This document shows positions 12,146 through 13,840 of a DNA stretch of 13,840 bases, in pieces. The DNA comes from a virus. Under the pieces are notes generated by a model that was not told the origin of the DNA, ran no database searches, and saw only the letters and a list, made by a program, of their open reading frames with translations. How positions within the stretch are numbered: the stretch's first letter is position 1; every line of letters starts with the position of its first letter. Made by a program: the position numbers and the translations under genes. The stretch is from the UHGV virus genome UHGV-0179107; one strand, written 5' to 3'.

Positions 12146-13840
12146 TTAGAAAAGCTGATTAGATTCCTGTGTGGCTTTCCAATCCAACTGATCGCTGACT
12201 TCCTTCTGGATCACCCTGGCAATTCCCCCCTCATCAATGGTTATCTCCCATTTGCCGGAGATCTCACCATGAGGCACCACATTAACCTGAGCAGGTTGAT
12301 AGCCGCCATTCTGAATAGCCGTACCCGTGCTAGGAGTAGGACGTGACGGGCTAATTGTTGGATATGGATTAAAGGAAGCTCCTTTGCTGATGTAGCTATG
12401 GTTATAGGCCCCTGGCTTGGTCATAGCATCCTGCTCATCACTGAGAAGGCCTTTAGATTTAGCCCACTCCCCGAACTGATCAGCCTTGCTTTGCATCCAT
12501 CCTCTGAACTTCTCACCTACCGTCTTAGCGCCAAGTGCGCCAGCGACACCAACACCCACACCTGCGGCACTGCCAGCGGCTAATGCTGTTGTTGGGCTTC
12601 CAGCGACTGCCCCGCCAGCACCCTTAACGAGATTGCCCAGACCTGGAATCTTGCCTATCAGAGAAATCAGTTGGGTGACAAGTGAAACAAATCCGGTTAG
12701 AGGGGAAAGCAGTGTAGTAATAACTTTCAGACCAGCTAAGCCAACCACCAGTTTTCCGATAAGCTCGCCAACCTCTGATCCGGTCATGCCGAACTCTTTA
12801 GCCTTAACCTCGATATAGCCCTTAGCGAAGCCTACCCAATACATGATCTCACGCATGGCAGCCCCGACTGCCTCACCAAACTGTTTTGCCGCGCTCCCGC
12901 TGCCGTCCATATCAGTGGTGAGGTCTTCGAAGATGGAGATTAGAGATTCAGATAAGCTAATAACGCCATCTGCAGGATCTACAACACCCATAAACTGAAT
13001 CGCCAGCTCGTTAAAGCTGTTTTTCATGCGCTGCATTGCTACTTCTGGCTGTTTCATGGATTCAGCAAAAGCTTTAGTTTCTTTTGCAGCACCCCAGATT
13101 TTCACCAGAGAAGGAAGAAGCTTGTCCAGGGTGATTTTGCCATCTTTAAGGGCTTTATCGAATTCCTGGGCATTCTTGATGATTCCGGCATCAATAGCGG
13201 CCTGTTGGAAGTCTTGTTGTGAGCCTGCAAAGGCTTCTGCCAGCTGCCCCCGCAGCTCCTCCGCCATGACTTTATTTTTTGAAGCCATTTGTTGGACCGC
13301 AACAAGCGCCCTGTTTTGTTGCTCACCAGTAGCACCCACTGAGCGGCCTTTAATAGCCATAGCCTCAAAAAGAGCCTGCTTATCAGATTCCTTCATGGTG
13401 GGGGTAGCGGCAGCAAAACGCATATAGCCGCCTTCCATCTCACGCTGATCCATCCCGTAGGTGTAGGCTGTGTTCTTGATGAAAGCCATCTGTTGGTCAG
13501 TCTTGGCTTTATCATCCTTGTTCTGGGCCATTAAACCGAAGTAGGCACTGTTGCGATCTGCAAGGCTGCTCATAGCACCACTAACAGCACGCTGAACACC
13601 CCAGCCAGCGGCAGTAAGGCCGATAGCTATCTTGCCTAAAGTGGAATTCAGTTTCCCCAGGTTGTCATGCAGCTTGGCCCCTGTGATCGCAACTTTATCC
13701 AGTCTGCTCTGGAATTTTCCGGCTTCTGCTGTTGCCATCTTCATTTCAGCTCTGAGTCGGGCCATTTTCTGATTATAGGTCTGCAGGTTGATAGCCCCTT
13801 TAGCATAATCAGCATTAACTCTCTGAATTCTGGATTGGAA
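12146..13840 (-). CDS. Tail tape measure protein, C-terminal about 564 codons; start codon lies beyond the window end
   Basis: Hand translation shows the frame is open from 13840 to the stop at 12148-12146; the track's M at 13765 is internal. Contains a TMP-core-like segment (TGEQQNRALVAVQQMASKNKVMAEELRGQLAEAF), coiled-coil N-terminal part, and a Gly/Ala-rich hydrophobic segment typical of tape measure proteins. Confidence 0.8.
   Translation of the reverse strand, partial: FQSRIQRVNADYAKGAINLQTYNQKMARLRAEMKMATAEAGKFQSRLDKVAITGAKLHDNLGKLNSTLGKIAIGLTAAGWGVQRAVSGAMSSLADRNSAYFGLMAQNKDDKAKTDQQMAFIKNTAYTYGMDQREMEGGYMRFAAATPTMKESDKQALFEAMAIKGRSVGATGEQQNRALVAVQQMASKNKVMAEELRGQLAEAFAGSQQDFQQAAIDAGIIKNAQEFDKALKDGKITLDKLLPSLVKIWGAAKETKAFAESMKQPEVAMQRMKNSFNELAIQFMGVVDPADGVISLSESLISIFEDLTTDMDGSGSAAKQFGEAVGAAMREIMYWVGFAKGYIEVKAKEFGMTGSEVGELIGKLVVGLAGLKVITTLLSPLTGFVSLVTQLISLIGKIPGLGNLVKGAGGAVAGSPTTALAAGSAAGVGVGVAGALGAKTVGEKFRGWMQSKADQFGEWAKSKGLLSDEQDAMTKPGAYNHSYISKGASFNPYPTISPSRPTPSTGTAIQNGGYQPAQVNVVPHGEISGKWEITIDEGGIARVIQKEVSDQLDWKATQESNQLF

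Noticed and set aside
12101-13427. ORFs overlapping the tape measure gene (12101..12346, 12398..12583, 12486..12818, 13026..13427, 13102..13368)
   Set aside because: Shadow ORFs of the tape measure gene; Pro/Ala/Ser-rich products.
1-13840. Integrase, transposase, terminase, portal or lysis genes
   Set aside because: Looked for among all ORF translations; no product showed recognisable motifs for these functions, so none is called in this window.

Overview
This window reads as part of a phage or prophage-like mobile element, organised as modules separated by unusually long ORF-free DNA. (1) 1-4017, minus strand: a tightly coupled early-type operon containing a tandem pair of paralogous winged-helix proteins (putative iteron-binding replication initiator plus a truncated paralog), a Mor/C-like HTH protein and several small proteins. 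(2) 4018-6718: about 2.7 kb with no convincing ORF, holding a cluster of TTGACA-containing sites, an array of short palindromes punctuated by CCCACACACAG, a set of 23-bp-spaced iterons and a TAAATAGGGG repeat cluster. (3) 6719-7779, minus strand: a small 'moron'-like module (possible 40-aa peptide, 86-aa HTH protein, 172-aa two-TM membrane protein) with its own terminator and duplicated translation-initiation regions. (4) 8017-11618, plus strand: a consensus sigma70 promoter and ~480-nt leader, then a head-decoration-like gene, a lambda gpE-family major capsid gene, a strong terminator and three further morphogenesis-type genes. (5) 12146-13840, minus strand: a tail tape measure gene running in from beyond the window end, convergent with module 4 across a highly structured 530-bp spacer. 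No integrase, terminase, portal, lysis gene, tRNA or CRISPR array was seen. All calls rest on reading the sequence and ORF translations by eye; no searches or folding were run.
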